This document shows, piece by piece, positions 10,309-18,800 of a DNA stretch of 48,119 bases. The notes under the pieces were generated by a model, which did not search any database, was not told the origin of the DNA, and was given only the letters and a program-made list of their open reading frames with translations. Source of the DNA: Flavobacteriia bacterium (lineage in GTDB: Bacteria > Bacteroidota > Bacteroidia > Flavobacteriales_D > Crocinitomicaceae); contig RFQF01000001.1 in the NCBI GenBank assembly GCA_009925805.1, positions 1-48,119 of the forward strand, in the 5' to 3' direction. The position numbers and the translations under genes were made by a program. Each line of letters starts with the position of its first letter. Within the stretch, counting starts at the first letter, position 1.

Positions 10309-10899
10309 TTACCGATAATACCCCAGGGTTCGTATCGTTTCTTCCACGGAATCCGGCACCAAATATTTGATGCTTTTGTTTTGTCGAATCAAGTTACGTA
10401 TGTAACTGGAAGAGAAAGGTAAGACCGTTAATTGATTCAAATACTGAATTTGGGCTCCGTCGAAGGTGGGGGATGCATGAATTTTCGTGTTTTCTTGCAT
10501 TACTCGCGGATAAACCAAAAGGCGATAATTTCGAAGTATGTGTTCGTAATTGTACCAAGAATCAAAACTACGGAGGTTGTCCTCCCCTAAGATCAGGGAA
10601 AACTCATGCTCCGGGTATTTTTCCTTGAGATGGGTTAGGGTAACGCTTGTATAATAGGGGGGAGAAAGGTGAAATTCAATGTCTGAAACGCGAAATCGCG
10701 GGTTTTCATAAAGGGCGTCGCGCAACATATTTAAGCGGTGTGTATCTGCCAACAAACTCTCTTTTTTTTTCTGAGGATTTTGGGGCGTTAGCACAAACCA
10801 TAGTTGCGCTATATCGCTTTCATTCAACACCCCTTCCGCCAAGATAAGATGCCCCATGTGCAAGGGGTTAAAAGAACCGAAAAAAAGGCCCACTTTCAT
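10309..10899 (-). CDS. nadD: Nicotinate-nucleotide adenylyltransferase
   Basis: 196 aa. N-terminal GSFNPLHMGHL nucleotidyltransferase motif. The start overlaps the gmk stop by 4 nt. Confidence 0.9.
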   Translation of the reverse strand: MKVGLFFGSFNPLHMGHLILAEGVLNESDIAQLWFVLTPQNPQKKKESLLADTHRLNMLRDALYENPRFRVSDIEFHLSPPYYTSVTLTHLKEKYPEHEFSLILGEDNLRSFDSWYNYEHILRNYRLLVYPRVMQENTKIHASPTFDGAQIQYLNQLTVLPFSSSYIRNLIRQNKSIKYLVPDSVEETIRTLGYYR

Positions 10900-11480
10900 A
10901 AGGCCAAAAAGGTAGTAACGCGGTCGATGGCCTCGGATACCGCAGTGGGTAAATCTTCGTTCAAAATTCGAACATCGAAATGGGAGGATTGGGCAAGCTC
11001 CCAGCCCGCCTTTTCAATTCTCAAGGCGATTCGATCCGCACTTTCCGTCTCCCTACTTGTTAAGCGCTCTTTTAAAACGCTGATACTCGGAGGTTCAATG
11101 AACAGTGCCAAGGATCGATCCTTGAATAAGGATTTTAGATTTAATCCCCCGACCACATCGACATCGAAAATAACCACCTTTCCCTCATCCCATAAGCGAT
11201 TAACTTCGCTTTTCAGTGTGCCGTAATAATGGTCTTGGTAAACCTCTTCCCACTCAATGAACGCATCGTTTTGTATGGCTTGTTTGAACCCTTCCAATCC
11301 CAAAAAATAATAATCTTTGCCGTGCGTTTCATTCGCCCGAGGATCACGCGAACATCCTGAAATGGAAAAAGCCAAGGCGGGTATAGCTTCCATCAGGCAA
11401 CGCACTAGGGTCGTTTTTCCTGCACCTGAAGGGGCAGAAACGATAACACTCTTGCCATAATTGGGAGCATCAAAGGACAT
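10896..11480 (-). CDS. gmk: Guanylate kinase
   Basis: 194 aa. P-loop SAPSGAGKTTL, typical GMP-binding region YYFL...FIEWEEV. Confidence 0.9.
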   Translation of the reverse strand: MSFDAPNYGKSVIVSAPSGAGKTTLVRCLMEAIPALAFSISGCSRDPRANETHGKDYYFLGLEGFKQAIQNDAFIEWEEVYQDHYYGTLKSEVNRLWDEGKVVIFDVDVVGGLNLKSLFKDRSLALFIEPPSISVLKERLTSRETESADRIALRIEKAGWELAQSSHFDVRILNEDLPTAVSEAIDRVTTFLAL

Positions 11481-12336
11481 TTTGTACTTGTTCTTTTAAT
11501 TTTTCAAGGTGATTTTTCATTTCAACAACCGTGCGTTGCATCATGGCATGGTTGCTTTTGCTTCCCAAGGTATTAATTTCTCGCCCCATTTCTTGAACAA
11601 TGAACCCGAGCTTTTTACCGCAGGAAGTCGAAGCATTCACCGTTTCATTAAAATAGGCAAGGTGACTTCGCAAGCGTATTTTTTCTTCCGAAACATCCAA
11701 TTTATCCAGATAAAAGAGCACTTCTTGTTCCAAGCGCACTCCGTCGAGTTGTTCTGCAGGAAGCGTTTGAATGGCCAGTTCCAACCGTTGACGCATGGTA
11801 GCATAGCGCTCCTTTTCGTAAGGGTCAAGTTGGGATAATAAATTTTCAATAGCACCGAGCACTTCTTCAAGGTCTTTTCGCAAATGGCTTCCTTCGGAAA
11901 GGCGGAAATTTTGAGCGGCTAATAGCGTTTCCTCTAAGAGGGAAAAAACAAACGCCTTTTCCTCCTCCGAGGTTTCAGTGCTGTTGGTTTTTATAACTCC
12001 TGGCATGTGCATCAAAGCGTTCGTCCAATCCTTAATAGGCAGGTTATTGTCTTCGGAAAAACGCTTGAGTTGATCCATATAACCTTGTGCTAAGCGCCAA
12101 TCAATCGTGTCATTCGCCTGCATTTCATGGTCTTCTTGATAGATGCCCAATTCAATTTTTCCGCGCTCCAAAGTTTCAGCAATTCGCGTTCGGATTTCAG
12201 GCTCAAAAGATCTAAATGCGTTGGGTAATTTTAGGGATACATCCAACCCTTTGCTATTCAGCGATCGAATTTCGATGGAAAACTTCTTCCCTTCAAAAAC
12301 CCCGTTGCTTTTCCCAAATCCCGTCATCGACCACAT
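11470..12336 (-). CDS. yicC: YicC-family stress-induced protein
   Basis: 288 aa. N-terminal SMTGFG and C-terminal QEMGREINTLGSK motif typical of YicC. Overlaps gmk by 11 nt. Confidence 0.85.
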   Translation of the reverse strand: MWSMTGFGKSNGVFEGKKFSIEIRSLNSKGLDVSLKLPNAFRSFEPEIRTRIAETLERGKIELGIYQEDHEMQANDTIDWRLAQGYMDQLKRFSEDNNLPIKDWTNALMHMPGVIKTNSTETSEEEKAFVFSLLEETLLAAQNFRLSEGSHLRKDLEEVLGAIENLLSQLDPYEKERYATMRQRLELAIQTLPAEQLDGVRLEQEVLFYLDKLDVSEEKIRLRSHLAYFNETVNASTSCGKKLGFIVQEMGREINTLGSKSNHAMMQRTVVEMKNHLEKLKEQVQNVL

Positions 12337-12382
12337 AACAATTCTTTTTTCAAAGGTAAGAAATTGTAGCTAGTATAAGAAG

Positions 12383-13621
12383 TTACTCTTGAACTAGCTG
12401 CCGCAATAGTTCCTCAAAATCCCGTTTTAATTCCTCAAAATGATTTCCTGTTCCTGGGCCATCGAAACCCACGTGCACCTGCTTAATGATCCCTTGTTTG
12501 CTTAAGAACAACGTGGTCGGAAATGCAAAGACGCCATTCAGGGCATTAAATACTGTCCCGGCTTGTTTTGTTGTAGCTTCGCCTCCCAAAAATGCAGGGT
12601 AATTCAATCCAATTTTTTGGGTATACCTTTTTAACCGCTTCAGCCGATCTTTATCCGTCATTCCATTTTCAAAGGCCACCAGAATGAATCGAACTTGTTC
12701 AAATTCAGGTTGTTGCTTAAGCGTTACGAAATACCGTGTTTCATCTAAACAATTCGGACACCAGGTTCCCATGATTTGAATAACGGTAGGATGACCTCTA
12801 AAATCGTTATCCGATAAGGTGCGATTTTTACCTTTCATGGTTTTTACCTTAAGGACCAGGGGAAGTGTAGCATCGATGGGATAGGAAAGACCGAAAGGAG
12901 AGGATAGCGTAGCGTTGTTATCGACCACGGCTTGCCAGGTTGCGCGGTATGTTGTACCGGAATAAAAAACACCTTCAATCGAGTCAACGGCAAGTTTTTT
13001 CGCTTCGAAGCGAAAGGCATGTACCCCATCAAAACAGCTTAAAATCAGCGTGTCGTTCACAACCCCACCGCTTAGATAGCGATAGTCTCCGGTAGCGGTG
13101 CGAAAGGTTCCTGTTACCTGACTTCCCGCTTGTTCAAATTCACCTACGGCATTAAAACTGGACGCCCCTTCGTTAAAACGAACCCGGTATTTTCCTGAAT
13201 AGTTGCTGGGTTGTGTGTCAAGCGTCAAATCTAGCCGGGGATTTTTTTTGTCTAACGGAAGGTAAAATTGAAAAGGATAGTACTTCGGTGCAATTTTGTT
13301 TAAGTTGAGCCAATATCCTCGATGCATGGTGCCATGAAATACAAGTTGGCCGGCAATCTCGGGAAATTCAAAGTACAATGTGTCCTTTTCTCGTTTTATA
13401 AAACGCATGCTTATGGTTTCGTTGCCATTGTGTATCAATAGTAAAGGCTTAGGGTTCGCGTTAAAGTGCAAATCAAACGGGACGGTCAATCGATCGTTCA
13501 TGGCAATTTCCCCATGGAAATGATTTTGGGAAAAAAGCACTATTTTTCCAAAGCAAAATAGCATGGAAAGCATAGGACCGAAAGAGAACCGATTAAACTC
13601 GCCTGAATTTTTATTTTTCAT
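12383..13621 (-). CDS. TlpA-like thiol:disulfide oxidoreductase fused to a ~270-aa N-terminal domain of unknown function
   Basis: C-terminal thioredoxin fold with WCPNC. The N-terminal two thirds carry no motif I recognise. Signal-like MLSMLFCFGKIVLFSQ; an alternative start is at 13573. Confidence 0.7.
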   Translation of the reverse strand: MKNKNSGEFNRFSFGPMLSMLFCFGKIVLFSQNHFHGEIAMNDRLTVPFDLHFNANPKPLLLIHNGNETISMRFIKREKDTLYFEFPEIAGQLVFHGTMHRGYWLNLNKIAPKYYPFQFYLPLDKKNPRLDLTLDTQPSNYSGKYRVRFNEGASSFNAVGEFEQAGSQVTGTFRTATGDYRYLSGGVVNDTLILSCFDGVHAFRFEAKKLAVDSIEGVFYSGTTYRATWQAVVDNNATLSSPFGLSYPIDATLPLVLKVKTMKGKNRTLSDNDFRGHPTVIQIMGTWCPNCLDETRYFVTLKQQPEFEQVRFILVAFENGMTDKDRLKRLKRYTQKIGLNYPAFLGGEATTKQAGTVFNALNGVFAFPTTLFLSKQGIIKQVHVGFDGPGTGNHFEELKRDFEELLRQLVQE

Positions 13622-13665
13622 AATGCAACGATTTTGGAGTAAAATTAGTCATTCGACCTGAGCCT

Positions 13666-14211
13666 ATGGAAGATGTGCAGCTCGTAAAGGAGTGTTTAAG
13701 CGGCAAGGCCAGGGCTCAAAAAACGTTGTTTGATAAGTTTGCCCCCCGGATGATGGCTGTTTGCTACCGGTACATGAAAGACAAAAGCGAATCGGAAGAT
13801 GCCTTTCAGATGGGTATGGTCAAGGTGTTTTCAAAACTATCAGAATTCAAGTTTGAAGGCCCCTTGGAAGGTTGGATACGCAGAATAATGGTAAATACGT
13901 GCTTAGATCAATTGCGGAAGAATCAGCGATTTATCGGGGATGTTGCCTACGACGATGTTGCGTATAAAATGGAAGTGCAAGAAACCATAAGTTCTGAACT
14001 TCATGCAGAAGTATTGATGGCTTTGGTTCAGGCAATGCCAACCGGTTATCGTGTGGTGTTTAACCTGTTTGCGATTGAAGGATTTTCGCATCAAGAAATT
14101 GCCGAACATCTTGGAATATCGGAAAGCACCTCGAAATCTCAATACCTCAGGGCAAGGGCTTATTTACGGCAACGAATTGAAGAAAAAACACATGAAAAAG
14201 GATCGTTTTGA
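13666..14211 (+). CDS. ECF-type RNA polymerase sigma-70 family factor
   Basis: 181 aa. Region 2 (FDKFAPRMMAVCYRY...DAFQMGMVKVF) and region 4 HTH (GFSHQEIAEHLGISESTSKSQ). Confidence 0.9.
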   Translation: MEDVQLVKECLSGKARAQKTLFDKFAPRMMAVCYRYMKDKSESEDAFQMGMVKVFSKLSEFKFEGPLEGWIRRIMVNTCLDQLRKNQRFIGDVAYDDVAYKMEVQETISSELHAEVLMALVQAMPTGYRVVFNLFAIEGFSHQEIAEHLGISESTSKSQYLRARAYLRQRIEEKTHEKGSF

Positions 14212-15025
14212 ACAGTTAATGAAAGAGCAATTAGGCAAGCATGAAATGCCTGTTGACCCCGCCTTGTGGAAAAAAGTTTCAGCGCAGGCCGGTCTTTCTT
14301 CCGGAGGCGCCGGTCTTGGATTGGGTGCTTGGATTGGTATTGCTTCGAGCTTAGTTGCCATCACGGCAGGATTGTTCTATTTTACGACTTCAAAAAAAGA
14401 CGTTACGAATGGTCCGTCGAAAAAAGAGGAAGCAAAAACTACAGTTAAGGAACCTGTAAAAACAGATAACAATGGTACAAAATCTAATGGAGGGTTGGCT
14501 TATGTTCCTGTTGAACCGGATACTACTGAGCTCATAATCAATTGTTCCCTTGGGGAGGATAGGCATGAAAAACCAATAGTTGTTCTTGACACTAAAAACC
14601 TTGAACTCGTCGATTCACAAGACACTCATGAACAAACTTCAACAGAGCTTAGTACCCAAGGTATTTCGGCTTTACAAAACACTTCAAATACCGAGTTGAT
14701 TTCTAAAAAAGAAAACGCGATTGAACAAACATCAAAGAACCTTCAAGCCAAGGCCATCGTAATGCCCAATGCGATAACTCCGAACAGCGATGGAGTCAAC
14801 GACGTTTTAAGCTTGGATATCGAAGGACTCACCGACTTCAATGTGGTTATTTTAGACGCCTTGAACCAAGTGGTGTTTTCTTCTACGGATCCTAAATTTG
14901 TTTGGAACGGGTTGCTTCAAAATGGAGACCCGGCCCCCTCAGGGACCTACCAATACTATTATACGGCAAAAAATGAACGAGGTGAATGGTGTCATCAGTT
15001 TTCGACGCTCACTTTGCTTCGCTAA
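14192..15025 (+). CDS. Single-pass membrane protein with a T9SS type B (gliding-motility CHU_C-like) C-terminal domain; positioned like an anti-sigma factor
   Basis: The ATG at 14192 overlaps the sigma gene by 20 nt. Layout: short N-terminal tail, TM segment GAWIGIASSLVAITAGLFYF, low-complexity linker, then C-terminal MPNAITPNSDGVNDVL...FVWNG...PSGTYQYYY. Confidence 0.7.
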   Translation: MKKDRFEQLMKEQLGKHEMPVDPALWKKVSAQAGLSSGGAGLGLGAWIGIASSLVAITAGLFYFTTSKKDVTNGPSKKEEAKTTVKEPVKTDNNGTKSNGGLAYVPVEPDTTELIINCSLGEDRHEKPIVVLDTKNLELVDSQDTHEQTSTELSTQGISALQNTSNTELISKKENAIEQTSKNLQAKAIVMPNAITPNSDGVNDVLSLDIEGLTDFNVVILDALNQVVFSSTDPKFVWNGLLQNGDPAPSGTYQYYYTAKNERGEWCHQFSTLTLLR

Positions 15026-15028
15026 TCC

Positions 15029-15058
15029 TTTGGGTTTTTCAGAAATATTGTATATTTG
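15029..15058 (+). promoter_or_regulatory. Bacteroidota sigma-A promoter (TTTG-N18-TATATTTG) for tRNA-Leu(CAA)
   Basis: Both consensus elements are present at canonical spacing. The -7 box ends 15 nt before the tRNA 5' end. Confidence 0.65.
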
Positions 15059-15073
15059 CCCCCTCATTACGAG

Positions 15074-15155
15074 GCCCCGGTGGCGGAACTGGTAGACGCG
15101 CTGGATTCAAAATCCTGTTCTTTCGAGAGTGCCGGTTCGATTCCGGCCCGGGGTA
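15074..15155 (+). tRNA. tRNA-Leu (anticodon CAA)
   Basis: Acceptor GCCCCGG/CCGGGGT, anticodon loop TTCAAAA, long variable arm, T-arm GCCGG-TTCGATT-CCGGC, discriminator A. Confidence 0.9.
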
Positions 15156-15157
15156 CT

Positions 15158-15199
15158 AAAACCCAAAGTTCTTCTTAATCAGAAACAGCTTTGGGTTTT
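15158..15199 (+). terminator. Hairpin terminator after tRNA-Leu(CAA)
   Basis: Perfect 11-bp stem AAAACCCAAAG/CTTTGGGTTTT with a 20-nt loop, running into a T-tract. Confidence 0.6.
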
Positions 15200-15300
15200 T
15201 TCGTTTCAATTTCCCCAAAATCAAAAGGGTATTCCTTAATTTATCTTCCTTCAACAACATTCCTAATTCCTTAAAAACCCCTAAGTAATCTATAATTGTG

Positions 15301-15308
15301 TATTTTTG
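15301..15308 (+). promoter_or_regulatory. -7 box TATTTTTG upstream of hutI
   Basis: Exact TAnnTTTG, 5 nt before the ATG at 15314. Confidence 0.5.
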
Positions 15309-15313
15309 AAAAC

Positions 15314-16543
15314 ATGCGAAAAACCGCCGTTTTAAACATTAAAGAACTCCTTCAGGTGCGGTCGTTGCCTGCCAAACCTTTAACAGGAAGCGAGCTGTCA
15401 AAAGTCCCCGCCTTAAAAAACGCCTATCTTTTACTTCACAACAAGGAAGTGGTTGATTTTGGAGAAATGGCCTCGTTGAAGGAATTCGAGCTAGAGGGAT
15501 ATGAGACGCTTGATGCAGCGGATCGTTTTGTGTTTCCGGCGTTTTGCGACTCGCACACGCATAGCGTATTTGCTGCGCCCAGGGAACAAGAGTTGGTAGA
15601 TAAAATTAATGGATTGACCTATCAGGAAATAGCGGCTAAAGGCGGCGGAATCTTGAACAGCGCAAAAAAAGTTCAGGAAATGTCAGAGGAAGCGTTATTC
15701 CGAATATCCTTGGAAAGAGTAAAACAGATGATAGCCGGAGGTACAGGAGCGCTTGAAATAAAAAGTGGTTATGGTTTAACCTTAGAAAATGAACTTAAGA
15801 TGCTTCGCGTCATTCAACGCATTAAAGCACAGGTGGATATTCCTATCAAAGCAACATTTCTTGCGGCACATGCGCTTCCTGTTGAATTTCAAGGAAACAA
15901 GGAGGGTTTTATGAATGAGGTCCTACAACGTTGGATTCCACGCGTTCTCCAGGAGGGCTTAGCGGATTATATTGATTTGTTTTGTGAGGCCGGTTATTTT
16001 GATGCAGAGGATATTCGATTAACCGCTCATGCAATTCAAGGAACGTCCATAAAATTGAAAGTTCATGTGAATCAATTCACGGTCCTAAATGGGATAGAAG
16101 TTGCGGTGCAACACGAGGCAATATCGGTAGATCATTTAGAAGTTCTTGAAAAGGAGGATTTGGCTGCTTTAAAATCAGGAACAACCGTTGCGACCTTGCT
16201 TCCAGCATGTTCGTTTTATTTAAACATTCCTTTTTCACCCGCCAGGGATTTAATTAAGGAGGGGATTCCTATCGCTTTGGCTAGCGACTTTAATCCGGGT
16301 TCCTCACCCACATCTAATCTATTTTTTGTTTGGTCACTTGCTTGTGTGAAAATGAAATTAACTCCGGAAGAGGCGTTTAATGCGTTAACGATCAATGGGG
16401 CATTTGCCATGGGCTTACAAAAAACGCATGGAGCCATTTTTAAAGGGTACCAGGGAAAACTAATTCTTACTGCAAAAGCGCCCTCGCTGGCCTATTTCCC
16501 CTATGCCTTCGGCGCCACGCATATTCATGAAATCTTAAACTAA
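15314..16543 (+). CDS. hutI: Imidazolonepropionase
   Basis: About 409 aa amidohydrolase with metal-binding CDSHTHSVFA and the typical KSGYGL and AHA segments. I prefer the ATG at 15314 because the upstream TTG lies inside the promoter box. Confidence 0.85.
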   Translation: MRKTAVLNIKELLQVRSLPAKPLTGSELSKVPALKNAYLLLHNKEVVDFGEMASLKEFELEGYETLDAADRFVFPAFCDSHTHSVFAAPREQELVDKINGLTYQEIAAKGGGILNSAKKVQEMSEEALFRISLERVKQMIAGGTGALEIKSGYGLTLENELKMLRVIQRIKAQVDIPIKATFLAAHALPVEFQGNKEGFMNEVLQRWIPRVLQEGLADYIDLFCEAGYFDAEDIRLTAHAIQGTSIKLKVHVNQFTVLNGIEVAVQHEAISVDHLEVLEKEDLAALKSGTTVATLLPACSFYLNIPFSPARDLIKEGIPIALASDFNPGSSPTSNLFFVWSLACVKMKLTPEEAFNALTINGAFAMGLQKTHGAIFKGYQGKLILTAKAPSLAYFPYAFGATHIHEILN

Positions 16544-17733
16544 TGAAGGGAGTGATTGGGATAATAGGGTGTCTTTTTTGCCTTGCTGAAGGCTTTTCAC
16601 AAAAGTATGAACCCTCGGGAGAATTATTGTGGGAGGTAGATAATGGCAAAACGAAATCGTATCTATGGGGGACATTACACAGCAATGACAAGGAACTATT
16701 TAGCTTTCCCGACTCGTTATTTTGGGCATTTCAAAGGAGCAATCGAGTTGCAGTAGAGGTAGATTTATTCGCGTACTTTTTAGATAAAAACCCCATTATT
16801 GAAGAACGGACATTGCTATTTGATCAACGCGGTAAACTGTATACTTCGTCGGATGAACCCACGAAAACATATTATGGGACCGAAGATGGAATGCCGCAAT
16901 TCATGGATGCTTTTTTTCAAGAAGAGGCCGAGCGAGCGGGTAAAACGGTCGTTGCTTTAGAAACGCCTAGCATGCAAACACAAGCGCTCCGGGAAACGCC
17001 CTTTTTTGACAACGATATAATGGTACGAACCTCCGAGAAGGCGTGGTTGAAAACCTATTACTTTCAAGGAAGAATAGCCGCAATTGACCAATTGATTCGG
17101 AGTAAATTCGCAGGGCAAAACCAAACATATCGCGCATTAATTGAAAAAAGAAACCAGCATATGGCGGATCGATTTTTCGCCGAAACGAAGTCAAATTCTG
17201 TTTTTTGTGCCGTTGGGGTTGGACATCTCTATGGAGAAAAAGGGCTGATTAATCTGATGCGTGGTAAGGGGTATCGCTTACGGCCGATGTCCTTAACGAT
17301 TTCGAATCCCAATCAACGCATAGGTTTTCCTACATCAAGAAATGTTGAATTCTTAGATACCCTTGATGGGAGTCTGATCAAAGCAACGTTTCCTGGGGTA
17401 CCAAGAAAGGTTTATGAGGGGCTAGTTTTCAAGGAGCTGGGTCAAGGAAACACGTATGAACTGCATTGGTACCCAAGAGATACTGCGTTTTCGTTGTTAG
17501 AATGTGCAGAATTGTTCATTACCCCGCCCCTGAAAGGAACGTATACTTTGGGAGTTTTGGATGACGGAACAGAATATGTGCAAGGATTGAGCGATGCTTA
17601 TCCGGAACGTTTGGCTTGGAAAAGAGTTCTCGTCAATGAAAAAAAAGTGTTGGTTATCAGTTGCCAAGGCGGAAATAAGTTCATGAATTCGGATCGGCCT
17701 GCCCAGTTTTTTAATAGCGTTGTTATAGAATGA
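16543..17733 (+). CDS. TraB/GumN-family protein with a C-terminal extension
   Basis: 396 aa with a signal-like N-terminus and the GumN motif YLWGTLHSND. The start overlaps the hutI stop by 1 nt (TAATG). Confidence 0.65.
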   Translation: MKGVIGIIGCLFCLAEGFSQKYEPSGELLWEVDNGKTKSYLWGTLHSNDKELFSFPDSLFWAFQRSNRVAVEVDLFAYFLDKNPIIEERTLLFDQRGKLYTSSDEPTKTYYGTEDGMPQFMDAFFQEEAERAGKTVVALETPSMQTQALRETPFFDNDIMVRTSEKAWLKTYYFQGRIAAIDQLIRSKFAGQNQTYRALIEKRNQHMADRFFAETKSNSVFCAVGVGHLYGEKGLINLMRGKGYRLRPMSLTISNPNQRIGFPTSRNVEFLDTLDGSLIKATFPGVPRKVYEGLVFKELGQGNTYELHWYPRDTAFSLLECAELFITPPLKGTYTLGVLDDGTEYVQGLSDAYPERLAWKRVLVNEKKVLVISCQGGNKFMNSDRPAQFFNSVVIE

Positions 17734-18800
17734 AAGCAATTCCATCTTCCGACCTGGAAAAGTTCTTTGATGTGCCTTTTCTGTTTGTTTTTACCCCGTT
17801 TCAAGAGGAATTGACGCTTCAAGTAACCGCGCATTTATCTTCTTTTCACGTCTTTGATTGTTCAAACAAGGCCTTAGTGAACCGTCTTAATAAGTTACAA
17901 CAAGAGGAAATTACCTTTTTGTTTTCCCAGGCGGAAACGTCGTTGTTTATTTATGCAGACCGACTCAAGTCTTTCCGTTTTTTAAGTAAAACGATGAGGG
18001 AAAACAACCTGAAATTTCTTGCATTTGGCCAAAGCAAGCTACGCATTGAAGCAATGGCGAAAGAAGCAGGGACGGAGGGGTGGTATTTTCTTTTACCTTG
18101 TTTTTCTGAGACCATACATCGTGTAGGCGTTTTCAATGCAGCCTCTTTCTTGTCGCGCGCACTAGTTTATGGAATGCGAAATGAGGTTGGTGTTGCATTT
18201 AATCCAAGCGCGATGCCTTGGTTGGTCAGTGGAAAATCACATCGAATAAATAAACCCGAGTATTTGGAAAAAATGCTCGTTTTTTTAGCAATGAACAGCC
18301 ATAAAACATTAGCATACAATGAGATTGGAACGTGGTGCGGATCGGACAACGAAACGGCACAAAGGTATGTGTGGATGCTGGAAGATTATGGATTAGTGGT
18401 TCCGTTAAAAGCGTATGCTACCGGAAAAAAGTACGAATATTTGAAAGGAATTAGAGTAGGATTCTTGGATAACGGAGTCCTTAACTATTACAGAAATAAT
18501 TGGGCAGAACTTGATTTTCGAGCCGATGTGATGGAGTTATGGAAGAATTGGATAATTTCCGAATTAATCAAAAAAGATCAGAAAAACGGGGTAAAAAACG
18601 CATACTTCTTTTGGCAATCCCATACGCGGCAATCCATTGATTTATTGGTTTTTTCGGAAGATGGTTCAAAAAAAGGGTACCTTATCCTTTGGAAAACGAA
18701 ACGCGCAATAAACCCACCCCCGTTGTTTATCAAATACTATCCAGATATCCCCATATACGTCATCAACCCATCCAACTATTTAACTTTTTTAATGCCATGA
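17730..18800 (+). CDS. DUF4143-like protein with a degenerate (P-loop-less) AAA domain
   Basis: The C-terminal half resembles the DUF4143 wHTH plus nuclease-like fold (LAYNEIGTWCGSDNETAQRYVWMLEDYGLVVPL, GFLDNGVLNYY, ISELIKK...IDLLVF). No GxxGxGK[ST] occurs anywhere. Overlaps both neighbours by 4 nt. Confidence 0.5.
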   Translation: MKAIPSSDLEKFFDVPFLFVFTPFQEELTLQVTAHLSSFHVFDCSNKALVNRLNKLQQEEITFLFSQAETSLFIYADRLKSFRFLSKTMRENNLKFLAFGQSKLRIEAMAKEAGTEGWYFLLPCFSETIHRVGVFNAASFLSRALVYGMRNEVGVAFNPSAMPWLVSGKSHRINKPEYLEKMLVFLAMNSHKTLAYNEIGTWCGSDNETAQRYVWMLEDYGLVVPLKAYATGKKYEYLKGIRVGFLDNGVLNYYRNNWAELDFRADVMELWKNWIISELIKKDQKNGVKNAYFFWQSHTRQSIDLLVFSEDGSKKGYLILWKTKRAINPPPLFIKYYPDIPIYVINPSNYLTFLMP

